From IMG/VR virus record IMGVR_UViG_2848092901_000003, positions 18,022-82,021 of that record: 64,000 nt of DNA; one strand, written 5' to 3'. The position numbers and the translations under genes are program-made. Shown here one piece after another: positions 55,949-64,000 of this stretch. Source of the stretch: a virus. Its lineage: Duplodnaviria; Caudoviricetes. Below the pieces are notes generated by a model. It had not been told where the DNA came from. It worked only from the letters and a program-made list of their open reading frames with translations, and did not search any database. Each line of letters opens with the position of its first letter. The stretch's first letter is position 1.

Positions 55949-57601
55949 TTACGCTGCAATCTCCGGGATTTCCCCGACAAAGTTATAAACAATTCTGACT
56001 TCCTGCACCTTCTGACCGTCCACCTTCTTAACCTCGCCGATCAGGATTTTGCTGATAAGCCGGTTCAGTACGGACTCGTCCAGTTCCGCAATGGCGGCAT
56101 AGCGCCGGATTTCCTTGATAAAGGTTCGGACTTCGCTTTCCTGTGCGTCCGCCCGGCTCTGCATCACCGCCAGATCGTGCAGGCGTTTCTGATTGGCTTC
56201 CTGCTCCTGTTCCAGCGCCGCCGTCAGCTTCATAAACCGCTGCTCGGTGAGGACGCCTTTGGCCTTATCGGTGTACAGGCTCAAAAACATCCCGTCAATT
56301 TCCTGATTCCGGTCTTCCAGCCGTTTCCGTTCCTTCTCTGTCTGGGAAGCGTCCACCAGATACCGGCGCTCCATCCGGCTGCTGAGCCGCTGGTAGAACG
56401 CATCGGCGTCCTTCATGGCCTGCGCCGCCAATTCCTGTATATCCTTCAGCACCAGATTGTACAAATCCCTTGCCTCAATCTTGTGGCTGGTACAGGCGTT
56501 CTTGCCCAGCCGGTTGTAAGTCTGGCAGATATAGTATGCCCTGTCAATCGGCTCCCGCATTTCGCCGGTGAAGCGGTTCTTCCCGGTTCTGCCGACCTTT
56601 TCATACCGCACCTGCATGGACTTCCCGCAGGTGGCGCAGTAGACAAGCCCGTGGAACAGGTTATAGAAGGGGCAGGCGTTGCCTTTCATAATGGTTGGCC
56701 TGCGGTCAATGATGTCCTGTACCTGTTCCCATTCCTCCGGCGTCACAATCGCTTCGTGGCAGCCCTCGATGACCTCCCAATCCTCACGGGGGATAATGTC
56801 ATAAGTGTTGGAGCGGATGCCTTTCTGGTGTGTCCGGCAGACAAGATGTGCGCCTTTATAAAAGGGATTTCTCAGGATATGGCTGATCCTTGCGCTCCCC
56901 CATGAATAGTAGTTCACGTCACATTCTGTATTGCTTTTTACTCTGGTGATGGGGATTTTATCATCCATGAGCTGCTTTGCGATCCGCATACAGCCCCAGC
57001 CGTCCAGTGCCATATCATAGATTTTTCGGATCACCGGCGCAGTCTCCGGGTCAAGGATCAGATGCCCTTTGTCCTCCGGGTCACGCATCAGGCCAAGAGG
57101 CGGCTGCCCGCCGCAGAACTTTCCCTGCCGGGAACGGGTCATGCGTCCCGCCAGCACCTTTTTGGAAATATCCCGGCTGTACATATCGTTCAGGATATTC
57201 TTAAAGGGCGTGATGTCCATTTCCTGACGGGTCAGGCTGTCCACACCGTCCGTGACGGCGATATAGCGTACATTGTGTTTGGGGAAAAAGATTTCGATAT
57301 AGCTGCCAGCTTCGATATAATTCCTACCGAGCCTCGATAGGTCTTTCGTGATGACGCAGCCGATTTTCCCCGCCTCAATGTCAGCGATCATGCGCTGGAA
57401 CGAGGGGCGGTTGAAATTGCGACCCGTATAGCCGTCATCCACATAATACTCATACTGGAACATCCCATGCTTTTCTGCGAAGTCCCGGAGCATGAGTTTC
57501 TGGTTGCTGATGCTCATGCTCTCATTGTCGCCGCCGTCATCCAGAGAAATACGGCAGTAGAGAGCGGTGATTTTTTCATAGACTTGTTTTTTCCTGCTCA
57601 T
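55949..57601 (-). CDS. TnpX-like large serine recombinase
   Basis: ALYCRIS, TKDLSRLGRNY, NDMYSRDISKK and Zn ribbon CATCG..C. Confidence 0.93.
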   Translation of the reverse strand: MSRKKQVYEKITALYCRISLDDGGDNESMSISNQKLMLRDFAEKHGMFQYEYYVDDGYTGRNFNRPSFQRMIADIEAGKIGCVITKDLSRLGRNYIEAGSYIEIFFPKHNVRYIAVTDGVDSLTRQEMDITPFKNILNDMYSRDISKKVLAGRMTRSRQGKFCGGQPPLGLMRDPEDKGHLILDPETAPVIRKIYDMALDGWGCMRIAKQLMDDKIPITRVKSNTECDVNYYSWGSARISHILRNPFYKGAHLVCRTHQKGIRSNTYDIIPREDWEVIEGCHEAIVTPEEWEQVQDIIDRRPTIMKGNACPFYNLFHGLVYCATCGKSMQVRYEKVGRTGKNRFTGEMREPIDRAYYICQTYNRLGKNACTSHKIEARDLYNLVLKDIQELAAQAMKDADAFYQRLSSRMERRYLVDASQTEKERKRLEDRNQEIDGMFLSLYTDKAKGVLTEQRFMKLTAALEQEQEANQKRLHDLAVMQSRADAQESEVRTFIKEIRRYAAIAELDESVLNRLISKILIGEVKKVDGQKVQEVRIVYNFVGEIPEIAA

Positions 57602-57673
57602 AGCGTTCTCCTTCTATGAACAGGGACACGATACCATTATAGTACCATGTCCCCGTCCCTGAATCAACCGTTT

Positions 57674-57841
57674 TTACGCAGCTTTTTCTGCCATTTCCCG
57701 CTGATGACGCCATTCCTCGAAGTGTTCGCAGGTCTGGCGCTCAATGAGCTGCTCAAAGGCTTCCCGCATGGACTTCTCCCCGGAGAACTCCCGCACCACC
57801 ACAAAACGGACTTTATTCTTCTGATTTTTGCTTTTTTCCAT
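57674..57841 (-). CDS. Small transposon protein (TnpW-like position, 55 aa, missed by ORF track)
   Basis: MEKSKNQKNKVRFVVVREFSGEKSMREAFEQLIE..; GGAGG SD. Confidence 0.7.
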   Translation of the reverse strand: MEKSKNQKNKVRFVVVREFSGEKSMREAFEQLIERQTCEHFEEWRHQREMAEKAA

Positions 57842-58108
57842 AGGCTACCTCCATAGAGAGACAGGCCGAACGGCAGCACCGGCAACGAAGTCCGGCAACG
57901 AACCTCTAAAAACCTGTAAACTACCGTCTGGCCTGCAAATCTTACTTTGTGAATTTTCTTGAAAAATCTCGTTGCTTTCGTTGCCGGAGATAATGATAAA
58001 TATTAAAATATCCCTTATTTACTGGCTTTTTCCGTATCCAGACAGGGAAATCCCCGGCAACGAACCCGGCAACCAAGTGGCAACCATCCCGGCAACAGAC
58101 CGCCATTT

Positions 58109-59515
58109 TCAGGCGATCCACTCCTTCGGAAGCTCCAACTGGCGGCATTCTTCCTCGCTCAGTTCCACAAATCCATCTTCGTTGCCGGGCAGTTCGTTGC
58201 CGGAAACGTCCCGTTCCCAGCCCTTCTGCCTGCCGTATCCGGCGAACATCCGGGGATTGGAGAATGGCTTCCAGCCCGTCACCACTGTATTCATGATCTC
58301 GTTGATATTGTGAAGCTGCCACCGCTTCGGCTCGTCATAGGTGTGGCCCAATGCCTCCTTAAAAAGCTGTTTGGAACAGACCATGCTGCCGGTATAATGT
58401 TCCAGAAAGCCCTGTATTTGACCGGCCTCCGTGTCCTCCGGCATGAAATCCTTCTGCACCTCCACAAGCTGCCGCTGGATGGACTTGCTGAATTTCATGG
58501 AATACTTCCCGCTGCGGTAGATGGTCATGGCCTCCGCCCAGACCTGCAACAGGTAGGCTCTGGAAGCGTCCTCGTCCTCCAAAATGTGAACCTCCGCTTT
58601 CTCCGGGTAAATCATGATGGGAAGGAAACGCCGGTTCCCGGCCCGGTCAAGGGGCAGGAAGTCCAGCGTGTTGGATGAACCGCCGAACACGCACTGCCGC
58701 AGCCGGTCTTTGGGCTGGGCCTCATAGGGTGTGCGGTAGGTTTCCTTCTGGCGACTGATGAACGAGCGGATTTCCTCTATGCTTTTGGCGCTGCTGGTGG
58801 CCAGCATCTCTGACATCTCAATGATCCAGTGGCCTTGCAGCTTCAAAAATACCCGGTCATCGTCCAGCTTTTTCAGGTCATCGGAGAACCACTCGTCCCG
58901 GATCGCCAGCAGGCGGAAGAAGCTGGACTTGCCAGCCCCCTGTCCGCCCACCAGACAGAGCATTTCCTCGTATTTGGAGCCGGGAGAAAACACCCGCCGG
59001 ATGGCTCCCAGCAGGAAGTGTTTTAACATTTCCTCTACATAATCGCTGACTTCTGCACCTAAGAAGTGATGGAGACAGGAGCGGATGCGGGGCGTCCCGT
59101 CCCACACAAGGCCGTTCAGCACGTCCTGTATGGGATGGTAGCAGTTCTCATTCGCCACGATGGAGAGCGCCGCCGTCATTTTCTTCTCGCTGGTCAGGCC
59201 GTAGTTCTGCTCAAAATAGAGAAGCAGATACTTCACATCCGTATCCGTCAGGGCGCTGGTGTTCCTGCGCCAGCCCAAATCCCGCACGATGTCCACCCGG
59301 TCAGTCAGGAGGTTCAGCCGGATGGCGTCCCGCAGGAGAGGGTCATGGGAGAACACCGTCCGGCAGTTGCCGATGGTGTTGGCGGGCTGGCCCTTCTCCG
59401 TGACAGAAAGGCCTTCCCGCACCTCGTCAACGCTCTGCTCCGGCGCTAAAGCTTCGGCTGCGCTCATGACGGCCTGCCGGGTGGCTGGCGGTAAACTCTG
59501 ATATTCGCTGCTCAA
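58109..59515 (-). CDS. Virulence-associated E (VapE)-family primase-helicase ATPase
   Basis: GGQGAGKSS Walker A, WIIEMSEM, YRTPY and GNRRF. Confidence 0.9.
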   Translation of the reverse strand: MSSEYQSLPPATRQAVMSAAEALAPEQSVDEVREGLSVTEKGQPANTIGNCRTVFSHDPLLRDAIRLNLLTDRVDIVRDLGWRRNTSALTDTDVKYLLLYFEQNYGLTSEKKMTAALSIVANENCYHPIQDVLNGLVWDGTPRIRSCLHHFLGAEVSDYVEEMLKHFLLGAIRRVFSPGSKYEEMLCLVGGQGAGKSSFFRLLAIRDEWFSDDLKKLDDDRVFLKLQGHWIIEMSEMLATSSAKSIEEIRSFISRQKETYRTPYEAQPKDRLRQCVFGGSSNTLDFLPLDRAGNRRFLPIMIYPEKAEVHILEDEDASRAYLLQVWAEAMTIYRSGKYSMKFSKSIQRQLVEVQKDFMPEDTEAGQIQGFLEHYTGSMVCSKQLFKEALGHTYDEPKRWQLHNINEIMNTVVTGWKPFSNPRMFAGYGRQKGWERDVSGNELPGNEDGFVELSEEECRQLELPKEWIA

Positions 59516-60080
59516 TCTTCCTCACCTCTTTTCCATACTCAGCGACCACGCAGGCCCGTTCCTCCATACTGCCGGACAGCAGAATATCCAGCAGATACTC
59601 CGTGTACGGCTTTTTTTGCAGGGCCTCCACAAACAGCGGGTTCCATGCTTCCTCCGGCGTCTGCGGGGCATATTCCTTCTCCCAGCGTTCCAGCAGATGC
59701 AGATAATCGCACAACACCCGGAAACATTTCTGTTCCGCCTGCCGGTAGCGCAGTTCCTCGCTGATTTTTCGCTTGCCCGGCTTCCTGCGGGGCGGGTCAT
59801 GGCCTTTAGCGTCAAAGCCGACCGAGAAATCCTCCGCCAGCTTCAAGGCCGCATCTTTCTTGTTCAGCCCGAACAGACGGGCGGTAAAATCAATCACATC
59901 CCCGTCCGCCTGACAGCCGAAGCAGTGGAACCGGCGGTCAACCTTCATGCTGGGATGTTTGTCATCATGGAAGGGACAGCAGGTCATCCCGTTCCTGCCG
60001 AGCTGTATCCCATAAGATTCCGCAGCCTGCCTTGTGGGGACAGCCTGCTTCACCGCTTCAAACACATTCGATTTTCTCAC
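59427..60080 (-). CDS. CHC2 zinc-finger (primase-like) protein; start uncertain
   Basis: CCPFHDDKHPSM..FHCFGC..GDVIDF. Confidence 0.85.
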   Translation of the reverse strand: MRKSNVFEAVKQAVPTRQAAESYGIQLGRNGMTCCPFHDDKHPSMKVDRRFHCFGCQADGDVIDFTARLFGLNKKDAALKLAEDFSVGFDAKGHDPPRRKPGKRKISEELRYRQAEQKCFRVLCDYLHLLERWEKEYAPQTPEEAWNPLFVEALQKKPYTEYLLDILLSGSMEERACVVAEYGKEVRKIEQRISEFTASHPAGRHERSRSFSAGAER

Positions 60081-60128
60081 CTCCAGACAGAGAAAAAGGC
60101 ATCCGGTTTTCACAGAAAATCAGATGCC

Positions 60129-61373
60129 TTACAACTCTATATCGTTCTTTTTGGTCGGGGCGATTCGCCCCTCACGTTCCCAACGCTCCCGGTTATCCCG
60201 GTCAGCATTAATTTTTGCCTTTGCCAGAATATCCATAATGGATTCTTTGGCTTTCTTCTTGACCTGCTCCTTCCCGGCTTGCTTGACTTCCGGCTGCATC
60301 AGCGTCCGCTGGATTTTCGCCAGAGCGTGCTGCATGGCGTTTTTGATTTTGGTAATGACCCCATCCAGACGCTCAGCGGCATACTCACGTTCCTTCTTTG
60401 GAGCTTTGCGCTCCGGCGAAAGCACCCATTTTTTCGATTCCTCCACCAGACGAATATCTTCCTTGTGCGTCTCCTGCCGGACGGTATCGGTCACCACCTC
60501 CACCGCCTTGTCATAGGCCGCATCGGAAACATCATCTAACAGTGTCTCCACGTCCTCAATTTTGAGCGTCAGTTCTTCCAGCTTCTGCTCCTGCGCCGCC
60601 AGTTGCTCCTTCTGTTTCATCAGGATATAATCCTGTTTTTCCAGATAGTCCCGCCCGCCGTAGGACGGCTCCTGATCCAGATGTAGCCCATGCCGTCTGG
60701 CGATGTCAAACAGAATCGTCCGGCAAACCGCATCAAAGGTCTGCTTGCGGTTGTTGTTCCGGCCTTTGGGCTTCTCAGGGTTTGGGAGAGGGATGCCCAG
60801 TTCTTCCAGCGCCTTTTCCTGCTGGGGACACAGTTCCCCGTAGCGGTTCTCACAGTCAAAGACGTGCCGCTCATGGATGTGGGGCGTCCCCTCGTCCAGA
60901 TGGAGCGCCCAGTCCAGGATGTGGATATGGGAACCGAAGCGGCGCTCAAATTCCTCATAAAACTCATTGACGATGGAAAAAAGCGTGTCCGGCGGGACGG
61001 ATTCTCCCATCGTGCCGATCTGGTAGATGCTTTCCTCCGGGCAGGTCTTGTTGTTTTTCAGCAAGTCCTCCACGGTGCGGTTGCGCTCCGTGTGCCGGGT
61101 TTTCTCATTCCGGGCGTTCTGGGCCTCCACATGGCCGCCGTAATGCTCGTTGTAGTACATCCGCTCGATTTCCTCAAAGCTGAAATCCGGCTGCTCCGGG
61201 TTCTCCCGGAACTCGTGTGTCGTAAAGCCCCGGTAGCAGTCCCAGTAGACATTTTGCCTTGCCCGTTCTGCGTCAATGTGTTCGCTGTTCTCCACATCGA
61301 ACCGGCGGTCATTGTGGCGGGGATTATAGGTGCCATGCTTGCCGGAGCGCCCATTGTGTCGTGTCAGTTTCAA
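60129..61373 (-). CDS. Mob/Pre-family relaxase
   Basis: RHNDR and ALHLDEGTPHIH motifs (MOBV-like). Confidence 0.85.
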   Translation of the reverse strand: MKLTRHNGRSGKHGTYNPRHNDRRFDVENSEHIDAERARQNVYWDCYRGFTTHEFRENPEQPDFSFEEIERMYYNEHYGGHVEAQNARNEKTRHTERNRTVEDLLKNNKTCPEESIYQIGTMGESVPPDTLFSIVNEFYEEFERRFGSHIHILDWALHLDEGTPHIHERHVFDCENRYGELCPQQEKALEELGIPLPNPEKPKGRNNNRKQTFDAVCRTILFDIARRHGLHLDQEPSYGGRDYLEKQDYILMKQKEQLAAQEQKLEELTLKIEDVETLLDDVSDAAYDKAVEVVTDTVRQETHKEDIRLVEESKKWVLSPERKAPKKEREYAAERLDGVITKIKNAMQHALAKIQRTLMQPEVKQAGKEQVKKKAKESIMDILAKAKINADRDNRERWEREGRIAPTKKNDIEL

Positions 61374-61439
61374 ACAGATTTCCTCCTTCCTGCGAAGATG
61401 TTCTGGGGCCGGGGAAGGGGCGGCGAAGCCGCAAATCCT

Positions 61440-61500
61440 GCGAATTTTGCGTCAGGTAATACCCAGTACGAGTTGACGCAGGCATCAACTCTCCCTGGGC
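61440..61500. promoter_or_regulatory. Candidate oriT upstream of mob
   Basis: GAGTTGA-N8-TCAACTC inverted repeat in the non-coding region 5' of the relaxase. Positional inference. Confidence 0.35.
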
Positions 61501-61800
61501 AAGGCGTTTCACCCTTGACCCGATAATGGCTGCCGCCCTTAACCTGCCAATGGGCGTTGCCCCTTGACCCCAGCAGTGCGCTGCCGCCCCTGCACCCCGG
61601 CACAAAGGGCTGGCTGCCCTCTGTACTCCCGCACCGGCGAAGCTGGATTCCACCGCAGAAGCGGTGTTTGCCAGTTTCACCGGCTCCGTATCCGCACATT
61701 TGCGCCCATAAGCGGGGAATGGATACGGAATACGCCTGCGGGGATTGCCGGTCAAAACAGCGGGTGCAGACCCGGCATTTTTTCCGTAAACGCCCCGGTT

Positions 61801-62106
61801 TCAGGCGATTTTTTCTTCCGCCCCTACCACCTGAAAGCCATGCTCTTTTGCGTAGGCGCTGGCGGCGGCTTTCCGTTCCTCGCTGTACGGCGGCACCAGC
61901 CGGATCGACAGCCGGGACTTATCCAGCACATAGGTCACGCTGCCCTCCGGCGTGCTGCGCTCCAACCGGCACAGCAGCGGGTACTTCCGGCTGAAATCAG
62001 CCAGCCTGCGCTTCAAGCTGGCGTTGAAGGTGTAGACGCTGGCAAGGTTTTCCGCCTCGTTCCAGTTGATAATGGTTTCTTTCTCATACTTAGACAGCTT
62101 CCTCAT
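61801..62106 (-). CDS. Conserved hypothetical protein of mobilisable elements
   Basis: LSKYEKETIINWNE....SVYTFN..LKRRL; GGAGG SD. Confidence 0.75.
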   Translation of the reverse strand: MRKLSKYEKETIINWNEAENLASVYTFNASLKRRLADFSRKYPLLCRLERSTPEGSVTYVLDKSRLSIRLVPPYSEERKAAASAYAKEHGFQVVGAEEKIA

Positions 62107-62383
62107 ACAGATCCTCCTCATAATCAGTGTAAGATTTCAGCACACGCAGGCTGCGCTTGAGGCGGCGGTACTCGTCCATCTCCATCCGCAGATGGTGGTA
62201 AAAATCCTCGTACCAGTTTTCGCCCACCTCCGTCTCCACCTTCCGGGCCAGCCCCAGCATCCGGCGTTTGGCCTCCGGGTCAACCGTCAGTGCCGTCAGC
62301 CATTTCAGCCGTGTCACCGTATTGTGGTGGCTGGGACAGCCGTAAGCGTAGAGAATCTTCTTTTCTTTCATACTCAGTGTCAT
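62090..62383 (-). CDS. Hypothetical protein
   Basis: 97 aa from ATG after GGAGG; overlaps the next gene. Confidence 0.7.
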   Translation of the reverse strand: MTLSMKEKKILYAYGCPSHHNTVTRLKWLTALTVDPEAKRRMLGLARKVETEVGENWYEDFYHHLRMEMDEYRRLKRSLRVLKSYTDYEEDLYEEAV

Positions 62384-62748
62384 AATGATTTCCTCCGTTT
62401 CTTTGCTGCGGAGCCATGCGCCCCGCATGATTGATAAACTTGTTTCTGTCTGCCGGTCTGCCTGCAAGCCGCTCCTGCCCGGAATTTCTCCCGGCGTATC
62501 GGCCTCTTTGGTGCGCTCGATTTCTGTCCTGGCGTCACTTCCCCGGAGGCCATACCCCTTGCAGCCGGTCATTCGATTTTCAAGGTTCTGTGCCTGTCTG
62601 CAAGAACCAGTTTACCGAAAAAAGAGGCCCTTTCCCGTATATCCAAAACGTCGGAAAAACGCTTGAAATCCGCATATTTCCACGCTTATGGAATCGTGCT
62701 ATAATGGGTGTAATCACTGAAAAACGATAACGAGAGAGGGGGCTTTGG

Positions 62749-63597
62749 ATGTACGCAAAGCTGACAATCCCGGAGCGGCTCAAAGACCTGCGGGTGGTAG
62801 ATAAGCACCTGACGCTGGAACAACTGGCGGAGCAGACCGGCCTGTCTAAATCCGCGCTGGGAAAATACGAAACCGATGACTACAAGGACATCAGCCCGTT
62901 TGCGATTGCAACGCTGGCGGACTTTTACGGCGTGTCCACCGACTATCTGATGGGGCTGACGGAAAATAAAAATCACCCAAACATAGAACTTCAATCTCTG
63001 CATCTGAGTGATGATATGGTGGAACTTTTGAGCAGCGGCAAAATCAACAACCGGCTTCTCTGCGAACTGGCTACCCACCCGAATTTCCGGCGGCTGATGA
63101 TAGATATGGAAATCTGCATCGACCAGATCGCCAATATGCGGGTGGAGCAGATGAATCTGGTGTTGGAGGCCACCCGGCAGACCGTCATGAACAAGTATGC
63201 ACCCGGAGAAGATGACCTCTATATGCGGACGCTGGAACTGGGGCAGGTGCAGGAAAGCGATTTTTACAGCCACGTCATGCACGATGATCTGGACAGCATC
63301 GTCCGGGACATCCGGGAAGCACACCGCAAAGACAAGACCACCGCCGACCCGCAGCCCACGCTGGATGATGTGAAGGAAAAATTTGAGCAGGCCATAGGGC
63401 AGGGCAGCGATACAGAAATGCTGATCCACGAGTTCTGCGATAAGTTGCAGATACCCTTTGAGAAGATTTCCTCGGAGGACTTCTCGGCGTTCCTGCGGAT
63501 ACTGAGCCTGTCCAAGCAGCTCAAAAGCTCCAACAATATGAGGGGAAAGGCCAGCCCCATTCCTCCCAACCGCAAGGCCAGACGTAAGCGGAAGTAA
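62749..63597 (+). CDS. XRE-family HTH transcriptional regulator
   Basis: LTLEQLAEQTGLSKSALGKYE..LADFYGVSTDYLMGL; upstream TGCTATAAT. Confidence 0.9.
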   Translation: MYAKLTIPERLKDLRVVDKHLTLEQLAEQTGLSKSALGKYETDDYKDISPFAIATLADFYGVSTDYLMGLTENKNHPNIELQSLHLSDDMVELLSSGKINNRLLCELATHPNFRRLMIDMEICIDQIANMRVEQMNLVLEATRQTVMNKYAPGEDDLYMRTLELGQVQESDFYSHVMHDDLDSIVRDIREAHRKDKTTADPQPTLDDVKEKFEQAIGQGSDTEMLIHEFCDKLQIPFEKISSEDFSAFLRILSLSKQLKSSNNMRGKASPIPPNRKARRKRK

Positions 63598-63718
63598 AAT
63601 TTCCATATCCGGAAGCGGCAAAAAAGCCATCCGCCGATTGATTGGCAAATGGCTTTCGTGAAGCTGTATTCTGTTGTAGTGGTTGTGCCCAGTTTGGGAA
63701 CAGTCACTATTGAAGATG

Positions 63719-64000
63719 CTATTCTTTGTCTTTCTGCGATACCTGTGCATGGGCTTCCTGCTGAACAAGCAGCCCCGCAGAAAAGCCATATTTGAAGTGG
63801 CTTTCGTTTTCCTCACACTGGGCGATTGCCACCTGCTCCCGCAGTTCTTCAACCAGTGCATAGTCCTCTTTGCTCAGACGCTCCGATAAAGTGTCCATCA
63901 GGGCGGCGCTGGCTTTGACTGCCTGCTTGAACCTCGGTGAATCAGCGACCACCGTTTCACAGGGATAAAATCTGCCGTTATACATTTCTTCCAGAATCAT
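63719..64000 (-). CDS. DUF6809-like hypothetical protein
   Basis: ILEEMYNGRFYP..FKYGFSAGLL; start codon lies at the window edge. Confidence 0.7.
   Translation of the reverse strand: MILEEMYNGRFYPCETVVADSPRFKQAVKASAALMDTLSERLSKEDYALVEELREQVAIAQCEENESHFKYGFSAGLLVQQEAHAQVSQKDKE

Larger units (their letters stand above)
55930..64000 (-). mobile_element. Second mobilisable element (recombinase, VapE, CHC2, Mob); continues beyond window
   Basis: Co-oriented replication/mobilisation genes ending in a serine recombinase; divergent XRE regulator. Confidence 0.8.

Noticed and set aside
1-64000. tRNA, rRNA or CRISPR loci
   Set aside because: None recognised on either strand by eye; tRNAscan-SE and a CRISPR finder would confirm.

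Overview
The window holds three nested layers of mobile DNA from a gut Clostridia-type genome. (1) 1-~33,530: the right-hand part of a GC-rich HK97-like siphovirus prophage. It contains a helicase tail, late regulator, HNH, terS, a minimal SAM synthetase with adenine and cytosine methyltransferases, an amidoligase/GGCT accessory block, terL, portal, ClpP, capsid, tail genes with a GH18 hydrolase, holin, amidase, two tandem serine recombinases and a convergent AbiH defence gene. (2) ~33,530-48,645: an AT-rich Tn1549/CTn-type conjugative element on the minus strand. Its large methylase/SNF2-helicase gene is cut by the prophage end, and its VirD4/TraG gene is cut by (3). (3) 48,645-64,000: serine-recombinase mobilisable elements. 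They carry a truncated LytTR two-component system and a divergent Cfr/RlmN-family radical-SAM methyltransferase behind a perfect sigma-A promoter, an ErmDL-like leader peptide (MLHSMRIR) and an attenuator. A second, oppositely oriented element carries recombinase, VapE, CHC2 and Mob genes. Best leads: the apparently macrolide-sensing Cfr/RlmN-like cassette, a hidden +1-frame gene with its own SD inside the phage C5-methyltransferase, the amidoligase/GGCT module with a paralogue and a structured RNA, and a four-copy phage promoter motif. No tRNA, rRNA or CRISPR array was seen. Family assignments come from motif recognition, not database searches.
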